DNA of 64,000 bases from Candidatus Babeliales bacterium (GCA_050179755.1 JBFXEV010000001.1:1257994-1321993); one strand, 5' to 3'; counted from the first letter of the stretch, positions 29,874-40,794 are shown. Translations and numbers: made by a program. Notes: generated by a model from the letters alone, not told the origin.

Positions 29874-31076
29874 ATGTACAACGTTGCTTTTTTTCTTGTA
29901 TGCACCGCATATAGCTCCTTCTCATATGCTATGGTGCAGCAAGCACCACCGCAACCATTTAATGCGCCTATTGAAGTATCTATGGGCCATACTGTGCGCT
30001 TACGCGGCGGTGCTACTCCACTTTCTATTTTAGAATCTGAGCGGGTAGCCAAAATACAAGACCCACGCAAAAATTTAAAAAAATGCCTGAGAACAAGCGA
30101 GCGCGCGTTAAAGCATCGTGCTATTAATGCAATAGAGCAAGACGCAACAAGTGAGCTTTCTGATTATTTAAATTCATGGACTAGCTGGGTGCTTCCCTGG
30201 GACTATTATCATGAGGAAGTGGCTCTCTTACTTACCCATGCTGCACAAAAGCCTCACGCACAAACAGAAAACTGCTTAGCACTTTTACTGCAAAAGGTTC
30301 GCGTGCAAGATCTACCGCAACCTGATTGCTTATTAAAAAATGCATTAGATAATAAGCATGTGCCCCTAACAGCCTATTTATATAAACATTTTCCTGAAAT
30401 TGCACGCTGGGAACTTATAGATGCAATAACTCATCAACAAGATGCTCATCTTACTACATTGCTCCAGGCTGGCGTTGACCCAAATGTTGGCGTGGGCCCG
30501 CATGAAAAAGAGGTTATTGCGGTTGAAGAGAGCGGCGAAGTTGCTTTGCATCATGGCATACAATATCCATTACATATGGCTGCATATCGTGCTCACTATA
30601 ATGCGGTGGGGATTCTTTTAGAACATGGTGCAAGCGCAACGCTACGCACACGCGTTGATAATTATAGCCCATTTGATATTGCCATACGAGGTTTTGAAAA
30701 ATTAGATTCTGTTACTGGTCCCGATACAGAAGATACACAGCAAGCTCGGCTTTTTGTAATACGCATGCTTCTTAACGCTTTACCAGATCACGAAGTACCT
30801 TGCCTTGCCTATACGCGAGCAAGAATTACAAAACTACCTAATAAGTTGCAAACTAAAATTTTACAAGTGGTGCAAGAAAGGCTTATGCCACGACCATGCA
30901 TAATGAGCGACGATGCTCCCCGTAACGCACACTTAGAGCAATCTAATGAATACTGCTTTGGTTTTACACTCATGGGTTGCGCATGGGCCTTAGGACTTGC
31001 AGCAAGTCTTTACACAAACCGTGAAGGCTTAATTGATGAGTGGGAAAAATCGAAAATGAACAAAAAAAGTGAGTAA
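29874..31076 (+). CDS. Exported ankyrin protein with PWDYY domain and C-terminal TM
   Basis: WVLPWDYY, YPLHMAA, MSDDAP; signal ending SYA|M. Confidence 0.82.
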   Translation: MYNVAFFLVCTAYSSFSYAMVQQAPPQPFNAPIEVSMGHTVRLRGGATPLSILESERVAKIQDPRKNLKKCLRTSERALKHRAINAIEQDATSELSDYLNSWTSWVLPWDYYHEEVALLLTHAAQKPHAQTENCLALLLQKVRVQDLPQPDCLLKNALDNKHVPLTAYLYKHFPEIARWELIDAITHQQDAHLTTLLQAGVDPNVGVGPHEKEVIAVEESGEVALHHGIQYPLHMAAYRAHYNAVGILLEHGASATLRTRVDNYSPFDIAIRGFEKLDSVTGPDTEDTQQARLFVIRMLLNALPDHEVPCLAYTRARITKLPNKLQTKILQVVQERLMPRPCIMSDDAPRNAHLEQSNEYCFGFTLMGCAWALGLAASLYTNREGLIDEWEKSKMNKKSE

Positions 31077-31090
31077 GAAAGTAATTAATC

Positions 31091-32506
31091 ATGCACATTG
31101 ATGCACTGTATGGGCAAATATCGCAAGCGGTGAGATGGAATGCATTTTCTTACACCGTTTTTAAAATAACAAGTACCATACTCACTTTTGTGCTTTTTAA
31201 GCAACTTTCAACAAGCGATTTTGCTTTATGGACCGGCATTAATAGCTTGGTATACCTTATATTACTTTGGGCAGATATGGGTATGCGTAAAACCATACCC
31301 ACTTTTTTGCCCCAAATTAAGGATAGTAACCGTAAAACATTTATTTATATAATCATTGGTCTCTATTTTGCCGTATTAAACATCACATGCCCCCTTGCGC
31401 TTGCTTTTGTAGGAAGCTATGCAGAACAGGTTCATTTACCTATAAATAGCGAACTACTATTTGCAAGTGGCCTTCTTTATTTCGGACATGGCCTTGAAAT
31501 GCTCTTTCAAACAATTTTCCACGCTTATTTATGGCATAGAGTATATAATATGCTACTTGCGGTGATACAAGTTAGTTACATGCTTATGGTAATGGGCGCT
31601 GTATATATATGGCCCTCATCTGCTGATACCGTATTTTATATAGTGCTTGGCAAAGGAATTGCAAGTATTATATGCGTGCTCATTGGATGGCTTTTTTTGG
31701 TGAAAAAATTAAAAAACACACATGCTACCGGCACGAGCCCCATCTCAAAAAAATTTATGCATCAATTCCTCAAACATGCAGGGCTTATGTGGCTTGCTAC
31801 CATATGCAAAAGTTTTTCAGAACGTAATGTAACCGTACCATTGGTTACCTATGCGCTCGGGCCACTGCTTGGTAATATTTTTAAAGTTGCCCAAGAGGCT
31901 GCTTTGCTTTTTCAGCGCATTGTATTTAGAACTATTGGCACTACCGATACTTCACTTTTTGCCTATGTTAAAAATGAATCTGACATTGCAAAAAATGACC
32001 TATCCAAAGTGTTTTCCCAACTTGCAAGCAAACTTGCCTATTTAACGCTCCCCCTGATTGGGCTTATTTGGTTCATGCAATGCCAAGTATCATGCTGCAA
32101 TACCCCAAACTTTGGATTTCAGCTTTTTTTTATTATTTCAATGGGCTTGCTAGTAGAATTGCTGCTGAGCCCCTATGAACGAATCTTAGAAGTATATGCG
32201 CAGTATTGTGAACTTGCTTATGCGTATATTTTTTATCTGGTTTGCTTAGGCGCTCTTTTTGAAATGCTCTTGCATAATTATATTTCATTAATTCCCTTTG
32301 TTATAACATTATATAGCATTCGATTGCTCTCTATGGGCATTATGGCATATGCAGTGCATCGTAAATATAGCATTGCATACCCGCTTAAAAAAATTATTAT
32401 GCTATTTATATGTAGTATGATAGTAAGTTATATATTCCATCTTATAGCGCAGTATGCGTGCGGAACCGCGTTGCTTACCCTGCTAACCTCATTTTTTGCG
32501 ATTTAA
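31091..32506 (+). CDS. Polytopic membrane protein, probably a MOP/Wzx-like flippase
   Basis: About 12-14 hydrophobic segments; early LSTSDFALW...ADMGM pattern resembles Wzx/MurJ-type N-termini. Confidence 0.6.
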   Translation: MHIDALYGQISQAVRWNAFSYTVFKITSTILTFVLFKQLSTSDFALWTGINSLVYLILLWADMGMRKTIPTFLPQIKDSNRKTFIYIIIGLYFAVLNITCPLALAFVGSYAEQVHLPINSELLFASGLLYFGHGLEMLFQTIFHAYLWHRVYNMLLAVIQVSYMLMVMGAVYIWPSSADTVFYIVLGKGIASIICVLIGWLFLVKKLKNTHATGTSPISKKFMHQFLKHAGLMWLATICKSFSERNVTVPLVTYALGPLLGNIFKVAQEAALLFQRIVFRTIGTTDTSLFAYVKNESDIAKNDLSKVFSQLASKLAYLTLPLIGLIWFMQCQVSCCNTPNFGFQLFFIISMGLLVELLLSPYERILEVYAQYCELAYAYIFYLVCLGALFEMLLHNYISLIPFVITLYSIRLLSMGIMAYAVHRKYSIAYPLKKIIMLFICSMIVSYIFHLIAQYACGTALLTLLTSFFAI

Positions 32507-33386
32507 AACTATGCTCAATATATATTACATTATTATTCTCTGTTTATGGCAAAGTTCACTTTTGGCAATGGAATCAACGCCCGCTGCTATCAGCAGAGGG
32601 CACGCAAGCACACCAGACGTCTTTCCCACAACAAGATATGATGCCATTAAAGCAGAACTTGAAGCTCAACACCGCTATGAATATGAACTTGAAGACAAGC
32701 TGGAACGAGGGCAGATCACGCAAGAGGAATATAATGCATATCATGAAAAGCATTTGAGAGATACGATTTCACAAATATTTCCAAAAGAACCTCACATTGA
32801 TGCCGCTAATAACTGTGGCAATACACGGCTCCATTTGACAGTACGCTTTGCTAATGCGGCAACCCCGGACTCGCTTAAAGCGTGCAGAACTTTAATAAGG
32901 CAAGGAGCTCACCTAAATACAAAAAACATACTTAAACAAACGCCATTATACCTTGCAGCGGTGCACAAACGATCATTAGCTATTACTACAACATTATTGT
33001 ATCCAAGCATTCAACCAACATTAGAAACCTTATTATTATGCCGAAAAAAAGGACAATTCCCCATCGACATTCGAGTATTACGCAATATTTTGGTGCATTA
33101 TATTATTTTTAATGCAATACAAACACAATTAGCAGTCTTAGAGCCATTACTTACAGAAGTTTTAGAAAGCACAACGCTCTATCGGCCTAACCCTATGGCC
33201 GGTAGAAACGTGCCCGTGATTTACAAAAAAAAAATGGGTGATTTAGTAGAAAAAAATGAAGAATTAAAAGCATTACTTGATCCAAAAAATAAAAACGTAT
33301 TAAAAGATTTAATAACAAAAAAACTGTATGCATCTATAGCCCTTACTCCAATACCAAAAGAAAAAGATGAAACCAAAATTGCTTAA
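32496..33386 (+). CDS. Exported ankyrin-repeat protein
   Basis: GNTRLHL, QTPLYLAA; signal ending LLA|M; LLDP tail. Confidence 0.8.
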   Translation: MRFKTMLNIYYIIILCLWQSSLLAMESTPAAISRGHASTPDVFPTTRYDAIKAELEAQHRYEYELEDKLERGQITQEEYNAYHEKHLRDTISQIFPKEPHIDAANNCGNTRLHLTVRFANAATPDSLKACRTLIRQGAHLNTKNILKQTPLYLAAVHKRSLAITTTLLYPSIQPTLETLLLCRKKGQFPIDIRVLRNILVHYIIFNAIQTQLAVLEPLLTEVLESTTLYRPNPMAGRNVPVIYKKKMGDLVEKNEELKALLDPKNKNVLKDLITKKLYASIALTPIPKEKDETKIA

Positions 33387-34641
33387 TATTGCATTATCAC
33401 TGCTTTTTACTATTTCATTGCAAGCCATGGAAGTTATTAAGCGCCCCATATCTGAAAAATATCAAGCAGAAGCAGACAAATTAAAAGATGCCTATTTACA
33501 AGGCAAAGAAAGTATTTGGTACAAAGAAGCAAAAGCAAAAACAACACCATCTTGGTTTACAAAAGAACGCTCAGTAATATTTGCCGAACGTAATACCAAC
33601 TATGCGCTTGTTTTTTTAGGGGAAAGTATGCAGCTAGCAGATCATGCACGCATGCAATCGCTTGGCCTAAAAATGGCATGTTCCAAAAAGAGTCGCTCAA
33701 GGTTGTTGCATCAGGCAGCAGAATCTGGCTATACAGCTTTCTGCCTATTTTTACTCGATGCTCAGATATTACCAATCAATCATCGTAGAAATCATGAGAA
33801 TACGCCACTCCACCTTGCAGCTGTAAATGGGCATCTGGATACCTGCGCATTGCTTTTAGAGCACGGCGCATCAGTTAGTGTGCAAAATTGCGCGAGCCGA
33901 ACGCCTTTGCAAGAAATAGTGCTGCGGCCGAGAACCGATGAACATAGACAATGCGCTCTGTTATTGAGACAACATGGTGCACAACTTGATTTTTTTGAGA
34001 CTATATATGAACTACCAATAGATGTAGATGGTCTGCGTAAAACGAAAAGTGAAAGAAGAACAACCCTGTGTAATAAAGAATTCTCGCCAGCTAATATTTC
34101 TATGCTCAGCATGAGATTTCCCTTTTTGGCATCACTGGGTTTATCTCTTAGTGAACAGGATCTCACTGGCAGAGCCATGCTGCATCATATTGCCAAATAT
34201 ATAGCAAAAACGGTAAATCAACCGCAACAAAAGCTACCTAAAGTCCATATGCCTGACATTCTTAAAATGGTATTTGTAGAACAACAGCTCAATGAAAAAA
34301 GGCGCGCATTAACCGTTGCTGCAATGCATAAATACCGACATGACTCATTGTGGGCACGACTGCCTAGAGACGTCTTAAAAAACCATATCTTACCAGATAT
34401 CGCCCCCCTTATGTATAATGATGAAGCGGGATGCATTAAGCAATTGCTCACACGTTTAAAAGAATTACTAAGTTTAAAAGATACCCAGGGAAAATTACCT
34501 CAAGATTATGCGCCTGACAAACAAGAAATTGGCACTTTTTTTGACCCAGACAAAGTTTCTACCAAAAGGGAAGCTTTTGAGTTTTTTATCAAAGATCAGT
34601 TATTAATAATGGCAGCAAGAAAGACCCTGCTGCAGAAATAA
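33367..34641 (+). CDS. Exported ankyrin protein with a C-terminal F-box-like motif
   Basis: LLHQAA, NTPLHLAAVNGH; RLPRDVLKNHILPDIAP. Confidence 0.83.
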   Translation: MKPKLLNIALSLLFTISLQAMEVIKRPISEKYQAEADKLKDAYLQGKESIWYKEAKAKTTPSWFTKERSVIFAERNTNYALVFLGESMQLADHARMQSLGLKMACSKKSRSRLLHQAAESGYTAFCLFLLDAQILPINHRRNHENTPLHLAAVNGHLDTCALLLEHGASVSVQNCASRTPLQEIVLRPRTDEHRQCALLLRQHGAQLDFFETIYELPIDVDGLRKTKSERRTTLCNKEFSPANISMLSMRFPFLASLGLSLSEQDLTGRAMLHHIAKYIAKTVNQPQQKLPKVHMPDILKMVFVEQQLNEKRRALTVAAMHKYRHDSLWARLPRDVLKNHILPDIAPLMYNDEAGCIKQLLTRLKELLSLKDTQGKLPQDYAPDKQEIGTFFDPDKVSTKREAFEFFIKDQLLIMAARKTLLQK

Positions 34642-34738
34642 AAATAGAAGGTAAATAACGACGGTATAGATAATCTCTTTAATCCAGAATGCGTTGAACT
34701 TGATGTTTACCGCGTGACAACATGAAAGGTCATCACAC

Positions 34739-35269
34739 ATGCATAAAACTACTTTACCTTTATTATTATCTCTAGCCATTTGCGGCAAACAAGGGCTCTA
34801 TGCAATGGAGCAAGCGCCTACACGCAATCAATCTTTGCCATCATGCGAACTGAGCAGATCTAGGCCTTTAAACAATGTATCTGGTCATCAAGCAGTAGAT
34901 TACCACGCATTAATTAATACCATACTTGTCGATGGTCAGTTATTGGCATGGGCACGCTCGAGCGAACCAACTGCTGCTGCAAAAATTACCGCGCTTATTG
35001 AGCATCAAGCTGATCCTAATACGCGTACACATCTTTCTGGCTATTCTGCGCTACAAACAGCTGCAATGACACCAAATATTGCAAGCGTGAAAGCGCTCGT
35101 TGTAGCTGGCGCTACCGTAGATGAGCGCGTGATAAGCTGTTTAAAAGGAGTGCGCGATGCATCTTATGCAAGCGAACGTAAAGAATCATTAAACGAGATC
35201 ATTGATTATCTTACTCAAATAAGAGATGAACAAGCGAATCAAGCACCAAAAGAGGCAAAGGAAGAATAA
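34739..35269 (+). CDS. Exported protein with degenerate ankyrin repeats
   Basis: ADPNTR..SGYSALQTAA...LVVAGA; signal ending LYA|M. Confidence 0.72.
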   Translation: MHKTTLPLLLSLAICGKQGLYAMEQAPTRNQSLPSCELSRSRPLNNVSGHQAVDYHALINTILVDGQLLAWARSSEPTAAAKITALIEHQADPNTRTHLSGYSALQTAAMTPNIASVKALVVAGATVDERVISCLKGVRDASYASERKESLNEIIDYLTQIRDEQANQAPKEAKEE

Positions 35270-35278
35270 TTGATTATT

Positions 35279-36604
35279 ATGCCAAAAACACGAACATTAA
35301 TTTATTTACAGATTGCCACGTTAGCATTATTAACTTGCAATAATAATATATATGCCATGTTAGTAGCGCGCGCGCACAATGTAACGGTAACACATCGACT
35401 AATTCAACAACGCCCAAATGCAGAAGCTGCACCCGCTGCCCTAGCAGATGCTGGATCACAAAAAGTTCTTTGGCAACCAGAGTTTAGCGCGATAGAGCGA
35501 GGTGACCTGCCTGCCGTTAAAACTAATTTACGCGCATGGCGTTATACGCTTTTACCTTGGCATTACTATGGCCAAGCGGTAGCTGACTGTTTGTGCCATG
35601 CAGCTCGATTTTCTGCAGAAAACACAGGGCCAATCGCAGACTATTTACTCAAACGCGTAGAAACACGTTATATAACCGACCCAGAAACGCTACTGGCACA
35701 TGCAGTTGATCATAATCATACGGGAATTATTAAGTACGTTGAAAAAAAGTTTGGTGAACATTTAACAGCCCATGCACTTGATTGCGTCATTGCCACTGGC
35801 AAAGCGCCCGCTTTTCAAGCACTCTTAAGCGCTGACGTCAATCACGAATCTACGTTCATTTATAGGAATGGCCCAACCGCACTTGAGCGAGCGCTCAAAA
35901 CTTTTAATCCCCACGATACTGCAGAAACTACCTCCGGCCGACTTTTGATTCTGAACAGATTGCTTAAACTTTCTAACGCCACTGCTATTCCTGCGGGATT
36001 TGAAGCGCGCTTATGTGGGCTTCCAGAGTTTACCAAAAATAAAATAGTAGGTCTTTTACAAAAGTACCTTATTCCTGCAAGAGTGTGCATGAGTGATGAT
36101 GCACCCACGATACATGATGCTTCCGTGGGCACGGCGCTCACTGAACAAGATGGCTTAAATCAAGGCCAACCATCATTTTTCATGAGTCCATTGCATCAAG
36201 CTGCTGCTAAAAAAGATTATGCTGCATGTTTGGCAATTCTTACTGAATTTCAAGATCCAATACGGAAAGATGATATATTTCCTAGGGAGGCGTTACTTAT
36301 TACTAAAACAGCAAGTCTTAAGGAAACCAAAGTATATAACGATGCTGTGCAAACTATAGCAGCATTTACCGTTAGAATGACACAAAAATTGCTAGCAGAA
36401 TGCGCTCATTCCAAAAGAAAACGCTTGCAAGTAGATGCTCAAGGTCTTACAGCACAGGATATCGCACGATCAGCAAAAGCCCCGCAAGAACTAATTGATT
36501 TACTTGATCCCTATAAGCACGAGCCACTTCGGCAGGCTATTGGCAAAAAATTAGAAAAAATATTTACAGAAAATGGTCAAAAAATTAAATTGCAATTTAA
36601 GTAA
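35279..36604 (+). CDS. Exported ankyrin-like mosaic protein (PWxYY domain + C-terminal module)
   Basis: LLPWHYY, MSDDAP, SPLHQAA, QGLTAQD...LLDP. Confidence 0.8.
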   Translation: MPKTRTLIYLQIATLALLTCNNNIYAMLVARAHNVTVTHRLIQQRPNAEAAPAALADAGSQKVLWQPEFSAIERGDLPAVKTNLRAWRYTLLPWHYYGQAVADCLCHAARFSAENTGPIADYLLKRVETRYITDPETLLAHAVDHNHTGIIKYVEKKFGEHLTAHALDCVIATGKAPAFQALLSADVNHESTFIYRNGPTALERALKTFNPHDTAETTSGRLLILNRLLKLSNATAIPAGFEARLCGLPEFTKNKIVGLLQKYLIPARVCMSDDAPTIHDASVGTALTEQDGLNQGQPSFFMSPLHQAAAKKDYAACLAILTEFQDPIRKDDIFPREALLITKTASLKETKVYNDAVQTIAAFTVRMTQKLLAECAHSKRKRLQVDAQGLTAQDIARSAKAPQELIDLLDPYKHEPLRQAIGKKLEKIFTENGQKIKLQFK

Positions 36605-36614
36605 TTGGGAAAAT

Positions 36615-37628
36615 ATGCATGCACTTTTAAGGTACGCTCGATTATATAGAACTTGTAGCATTACATTATTTAGTTTTATACTGGTCATGGCATATGAACT
36701 ACATGCTATGGAAAGAAACCCAAAAAGAGCAATGCTAGATGAGTATCTTGCCACAGAAAGGCATTTCAGATATTCGTTTGATACCTATACTGAAATATTA
36801 TCCGACGCAAAAGCCGGCGAATTTCTTGCAGCTCTTGATACTCAGGGCCGCCCATTACTCCACGAGGCGGCCGAGAAAGATCGAATTAACTTAGTGCTTG
36901 CATTGCTGGAAGGCGGCGCAAATGTGAATGCACGAGATGCGCAAGGTAATACAGCACTTCATTGTGCCGCAGCCCATGAAAGAAATTATGGAACAGTGCA
37001 TCAACTGATTGCTGCAGGAGCGAACGTAAACGCAACCAATACTACTGGGCAAACAGCATTGCATTACGCACAGAGTGCTACTATAGTTTCTACACTTATA
37101 GAATCTGGCGCGGATTGTCCTTTTGAGACATTTGCACAAAATAACGCACAAACACGTGTGCAAGTAACGCCGTTTCAAATGGCTCTTGAACAAAGAAATG
37201 AAAGAATCCTGATAGCTATGCTACATACAGTTTCTCCTCAAGAAGTGAATTCAATAATACCAAAGATCTTAGCGGAAAAAAATAAGCTTGATTTGAATGA
37301 AATAACTTGTATAAAATCTGCACTGAGACTCGATCCTGTATTTATAAACAATTTAGTACACAAGAGACAAGGATTATTGATGCAGCATTGCCCTTTTATG
37401 GCTCACTTAGGTTTTCTACTTTCTCTGAATGCAAGTATTGCAAGAGCTATTAACAGACAAATCGTTGAAGTGAACAATGAGAAACAAAGATTAATTACTG
37501 TTCTTGCCATACGTCACTTCTATAACGATTCAGAACTTGCATTACTACCAAGTGAATTGGTACAAAAGAACCTGTTTCCCTATTTATGCCCTCTTCTCTA
37601 TACATTAAAACAACAACCTCTCAAATAA
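36615..37628 (+). CDS. Ankyrin protein with a TVSP module and a C-terminal F-box-like motif
   Basis: GNTALHCAA, GQTALHYA; MLHTVSPQEV; LLPSELVQKNLFPYLCP. Confidence 0.85.
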   Translation: MHALLRYARLYRTCSITLFSFILVMAYELHAMERNPKRAMLDEYLATERHFRYSFDTYTEILSDAKAGEFLAALDTQGRPLLHEAAEKDRINLVLALLEGGANVNARDAQGNTALHCAAAHERNYGTVHQLIAAGANVNATNTTGQTALHYAQSATIVSTLIESGADCPFETFAQNNAQTRVQVTPFQMALEQRNERILIAMLHTVSPQEVNSIIPKILAEKNKLDLNEITCIKSALRLDPVFINNLVHKRQGLLMQHCPFMAHLGFLLSLNASIARAINRQIVEVNNEKQRLITVLAIRHFYNDSELALLPSELVQKNLFPYLCPLLYTLKQQPLK

Positions 37629-37770
37629 AAAAAAGCATTATTAATAACACAATAATAATCAAAATGTAGCATTTTTTTATTTGCGCACAATATTCAATTA
37701 GTGTATATTAAGTAAAATTAAAACAGAGTAATAACAATAATTAATTATAAATTCAAACAAAAGGATTTTT

Positions 37771-38232
37771 ATGAAATCAAAAAATGCTTACGTTAAAACA
37801 TTGTTATGTGGATTTGCTCTCTGCGCAACGAGCAATATTTTTTGCATGGTGCAATTGCCAGTTAAATTACTCGTCGCAAGAACTTTATGCTCTACAACTA
37901 TTCCTGCAGGTTCTGCAACATTGCAAAATCTAAATGAAGAATTGCAACTTTTACACTACGACTTATACAAAGTAAAAGAGCGGCTACGTGAGGTTAAGGC
38001 ATTAATTCAAGCAAAAGAAGAAAGGTACCTAGATAAATCTTCTGAGGCTACTAATGGAGAATGCTGTTCAGAAAAGAATAGAAAAAAAGATTCTAATACC
38101 GTAATTACCTATTATGATAAGCCGCAACAGCAAAAAAAACCAATACGCTGGGATTCAAGCATGGATAGACAATTGCCTGAGGAAGAATGGTCACCATGGA
38201 AAGAGGAACAAGATCGCACAAAGTTTTGGTAA
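37771..38232 (+). CDS. Exported hypothetical protein with a short coiled coil
   Basis: AAGGA RBS; signal ending IFC|M. Confidence 0.65.
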   Translation: MKSKNAYVKTLLCGFALCATSNIFCMVQLPVKLLVARTLCSTTIPAGSATLQNLNEELQLLHYDLYKVKERLREVKALIQAKEERYLDKSSEATNGECCSEKNRKKDSNTVITYYDKPQQQKKPIRWDSSMDRQLPEEEWSPWKEEQDRTKFW

Positions 38233-38329
38233 ATTCTCCAACTAACGTTTGTTGATTTGTATTTTTTATATGAGCTGGTGTATATTACCTATAGTATCCA
38301 TCAGCTTTTTTAACTTTTAAGGATCAACA

Positions 38330-39436
38330 ATGTTCTATGCATTTCTTCTTCTTAGTTTAGCATCTTGCCACCACGCTCACGCAATGCTGGTCAACAGCTT
38401 GCCATCAGCGCCTGCCATGAACGGCACATGCAGTGCGTTTGAAGCGCCAGCATCTTTTGTCTTGCTTGCGCATGGTATCCCATTGAATGCAGGGTCTGGC
38501 GATCTTGCAGAAACTGATTGTGATATAACCTCATTACCGCCGGCATTAAGAAAAGTGGTGCTACAAGACAATGTGCTTAAAGCCGTTGATCGTGGTGATG
38601 CAGACCAAGTTGAAAGCCATTTTTCTCAATTAAGGCATTGGGTGCAACCATGGGATTATTATCGCCAGGGAGTTGCTATTGCATTATATCATGCTGCAAA
38701 ATTGCCACAAGAACAAACTGGTGCCGTTGTGGAATGTTTGCTCAAGAGAGTAAGCGCTACCGAAATAGAACAGCCTGCACTTTTGCTAAAAGCAGCAACA
38801 GAAAATAGACATTTTGCACTTATACAATACGTTGAAACAACGTTTCGCGGTAATCACACTGTTCAACCCGTATGCAAGGCACGCGCAGCCAACGAGAGCC
38901 TATTACACCAAGCTGCACGAGCAGGCGATTATGAAGCCTGCCTTGCTCATATAACACATTGGTCTGGACCAATAAATAAAGATCAAATAGTCCCTGTAGC
39001 CGCTGCCAAAATAATAGAAACAGCTCGTGATGAAAAATCACCAGCAGTTAAGCAAGCACGTATAAAGCTTGCACGATTTGTAGTTACACTAGGCAAACAC
39101 ATAAACACACGCTTTGCAGTAGCACGTAGCATTCGCCTTGCAAAGAATGCGCAAGGCCAAACCGCGCAACAAGTGGCAAAAGCTGCTGGCGCATCAAACG
39201 AACTTATTGCATTGCTTGACCCTCAAAACAAAGAGGTTATTCGCACAGCTATTATGATTGATATTGATAAACGTATTGAAGGTTATGTTGAACAACCTTT
39301 TGATAAACCAGTTGAAACAAAAAGCGCTGAGTCTACACTGAACGGTGACTGTGATAAGCCAGGCTTTAAGCAAGGTGATGTAATTGAGGTTAACGGCAAA
39401 ACCTATGTTGTTACAAAACACGAAAAAGTTATCTAA
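38330..39436 (+). CDS. Exported ankyrin-like protein (PWDYY family), paralogue of 35279..36604
   Basis: WVQPWDYY, LLHQAA..GDYEACLA, QGQTAQQ...LLDP. Confidence 0.8.
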   Translation: MFYAFLLLSLASCHHAHAMLVNSLPSAPAMNGTCSAFEAPASFVLLAHGIPLNAGSGDLAETDCDITSLPPALRKVVLQDNVLKAVDRGDADQVESHFSQLRHWVQPWDYYRQGVAIALYHAAKLPQEQTGAVVECLLKRVSATEIEQPALLLKAATENRHFALIQYVETTFRGNHTVQPVCKARAANESLLHQAARAGDYEACLAHITHWSGPINKDQIVPVAAAKIIETARDEKSPAVKQARIKLARFVVTLGKHINTRFAVARSIRLAKNAQGQTAQQVAKAAGASNELIALLDPQNKEVIRTAIMIDIDKRIEGYVEQPFDKPVETKSAESTLNGDCDKPGFKQGDVIEVNGKTYVVTKHEKVI

Positions 39437-39454
39437 TATTTTTTATTTAAATAA

Positions 39455-39483
39455 CAGATGTAGAGTGTATAACTCTACATCTG
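39455..39483. terminator. Hairpin after 38330..39436
   Basis: cagatgtagagt-gtata-actctacatctg. Confidence 0.65.
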
Positions 39484-39520
39484 CTTAATGTGCTCGCAAA
39501 AGCTACTAAAGATATTTCTT

Positions 39521-40639
39521 ATGCATATAAGCTTTCACGCATTGCTCACTGTAACTATGATAAGCACCTTCCCATTAAAAGCGATGGAGAAAAATGAAAT
39601 AGGCAAAATAAAAATTCCCAGTATTTTCAGTATTGCCAATACCAAGCCTGCCAAACGAGCTGAACCTGCATACACAATCCCTGCTCAGCACCAAGAAGCC
39701 TGCACGGCACTTATGGAGGCGCATACAAACAAAAAAAACAGCGTCTGTTATAAACCGGTAGCGACTATATGGAATAGTTGGAAAACAAAACTAGCAACAG
39801 CAATTGAACAGAAAGACTCACAAGCATGCGCAGAACTTCTTGCGCAAAATGGCTTAGCATATGTTGGTCAACAAGATTTATTATTTCAAACACTGCAGAA
39901 AGGCTATTACCCCCTTTGCCATGTATTACTTACTACCAGGCTGGCATCAGCACATTATGAAGACAATAGCCATAAAACACCATTATATCATGTACTTGCG
40001 CATGGCAGCGCACTGCCACCTGGCGAACTTCTTGCTCTATGCGGCCTGCTAAAGCATCATGGCGCTGCTATTGATAAACCATTAAAAGATGGTCGCTGTA
40101 TTTTTGAAAGCCTTGCCAGTAATCTTGATTTACCCATATTCTATTTTATTTTTCCTACGCTCAGAAAACTTGGCCTAAGCCCAGAAATACCTGATGATCA
40201 TGGTGTTACGACCATGCATAGGCTAGCCCGCTCTAAAAATATTAATACTAAAAGTCTTACGAATGCCGTCATTCCCTATCAAATTTATAATGAACGTAGA
40301 ACGCTGCTTACCGTGCTTTTAATACACAAATATCACCCACGTTCGGATATTGGCCGAATACCAAGAGACGTTGTGCGTGCACATATTATTCCCTATATTT
40401 GCCCTTTTGGCCGAAGACTACTTAATAGAACGGTTACTACGCAACTTGTTTTATTACGTAGACTGCTTTCTGCAAAAACCAAGCTTGGGCGCACGCCAAA
40501 AGACATTCTCGATGAAACTGGCATTATGAGACTTCATAATAGCGACTTGCTTGATCCTCAAAAAGTTGAGCAACACAGAAATTCTTTTATTGTAGCCACA
40601 AGATTATTGATGACAACATTAGATGCAGCACGCAAATAG
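39521..40639 (+). CDS. Exported degenerate-ankyrin protein with an F-box-like motif, paralogue of 33367..34641
   Basis: HKTPLYH; ERRTLLTVLLIHKY...RIPRDVVRAHIIPYICP; LLDPQKVEQHR. Confidence 0.8.
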   Translation: MHISFHALLTVTMISTFPLKAMEKNEIGKIKIPSIFSIANTKPAKRAEPAYTIPAQHQEACTALMEAHTNKKNSVCYKPVATIWNSWKTKLATAIEQKDSQACAELLAQNGLAYVGQQDLLFQTLQKGYYPLCHVLLTTRLASAHYEDNSHKTPLYHVLAHGSALPPGELLALCGLLKHHGAAIDKPLKDGRCIFESLASNLDLPIFYFIFPTLRKLGLSPEIPDDHGVTTMHRLARSKNINTKSLTNAVIPYQIYNERRTLLTVLLIHKYHPRSDIGRIPRDVVRAHIIPYICPFGRRLLNRTVTTQLVLLRRLLSAKTKLGRTPKDILDETGIMRLHNSDLLDPQKVEQHRNSFIVATRLLMTTLDAARK

Positions 40640-40794
40640 CGCACCGACAGCTTTAATTACTTTTAAGCTGCTATATACTAATACCTGGTATTCATCAGCT
40701 TTTTAACAATTTTCTACTTTAAATTTACAGGACTCCATGATTTACATTACGCTTCTTATTCTCACCTTAGTAACACCAACTCAATAATTTTTTA

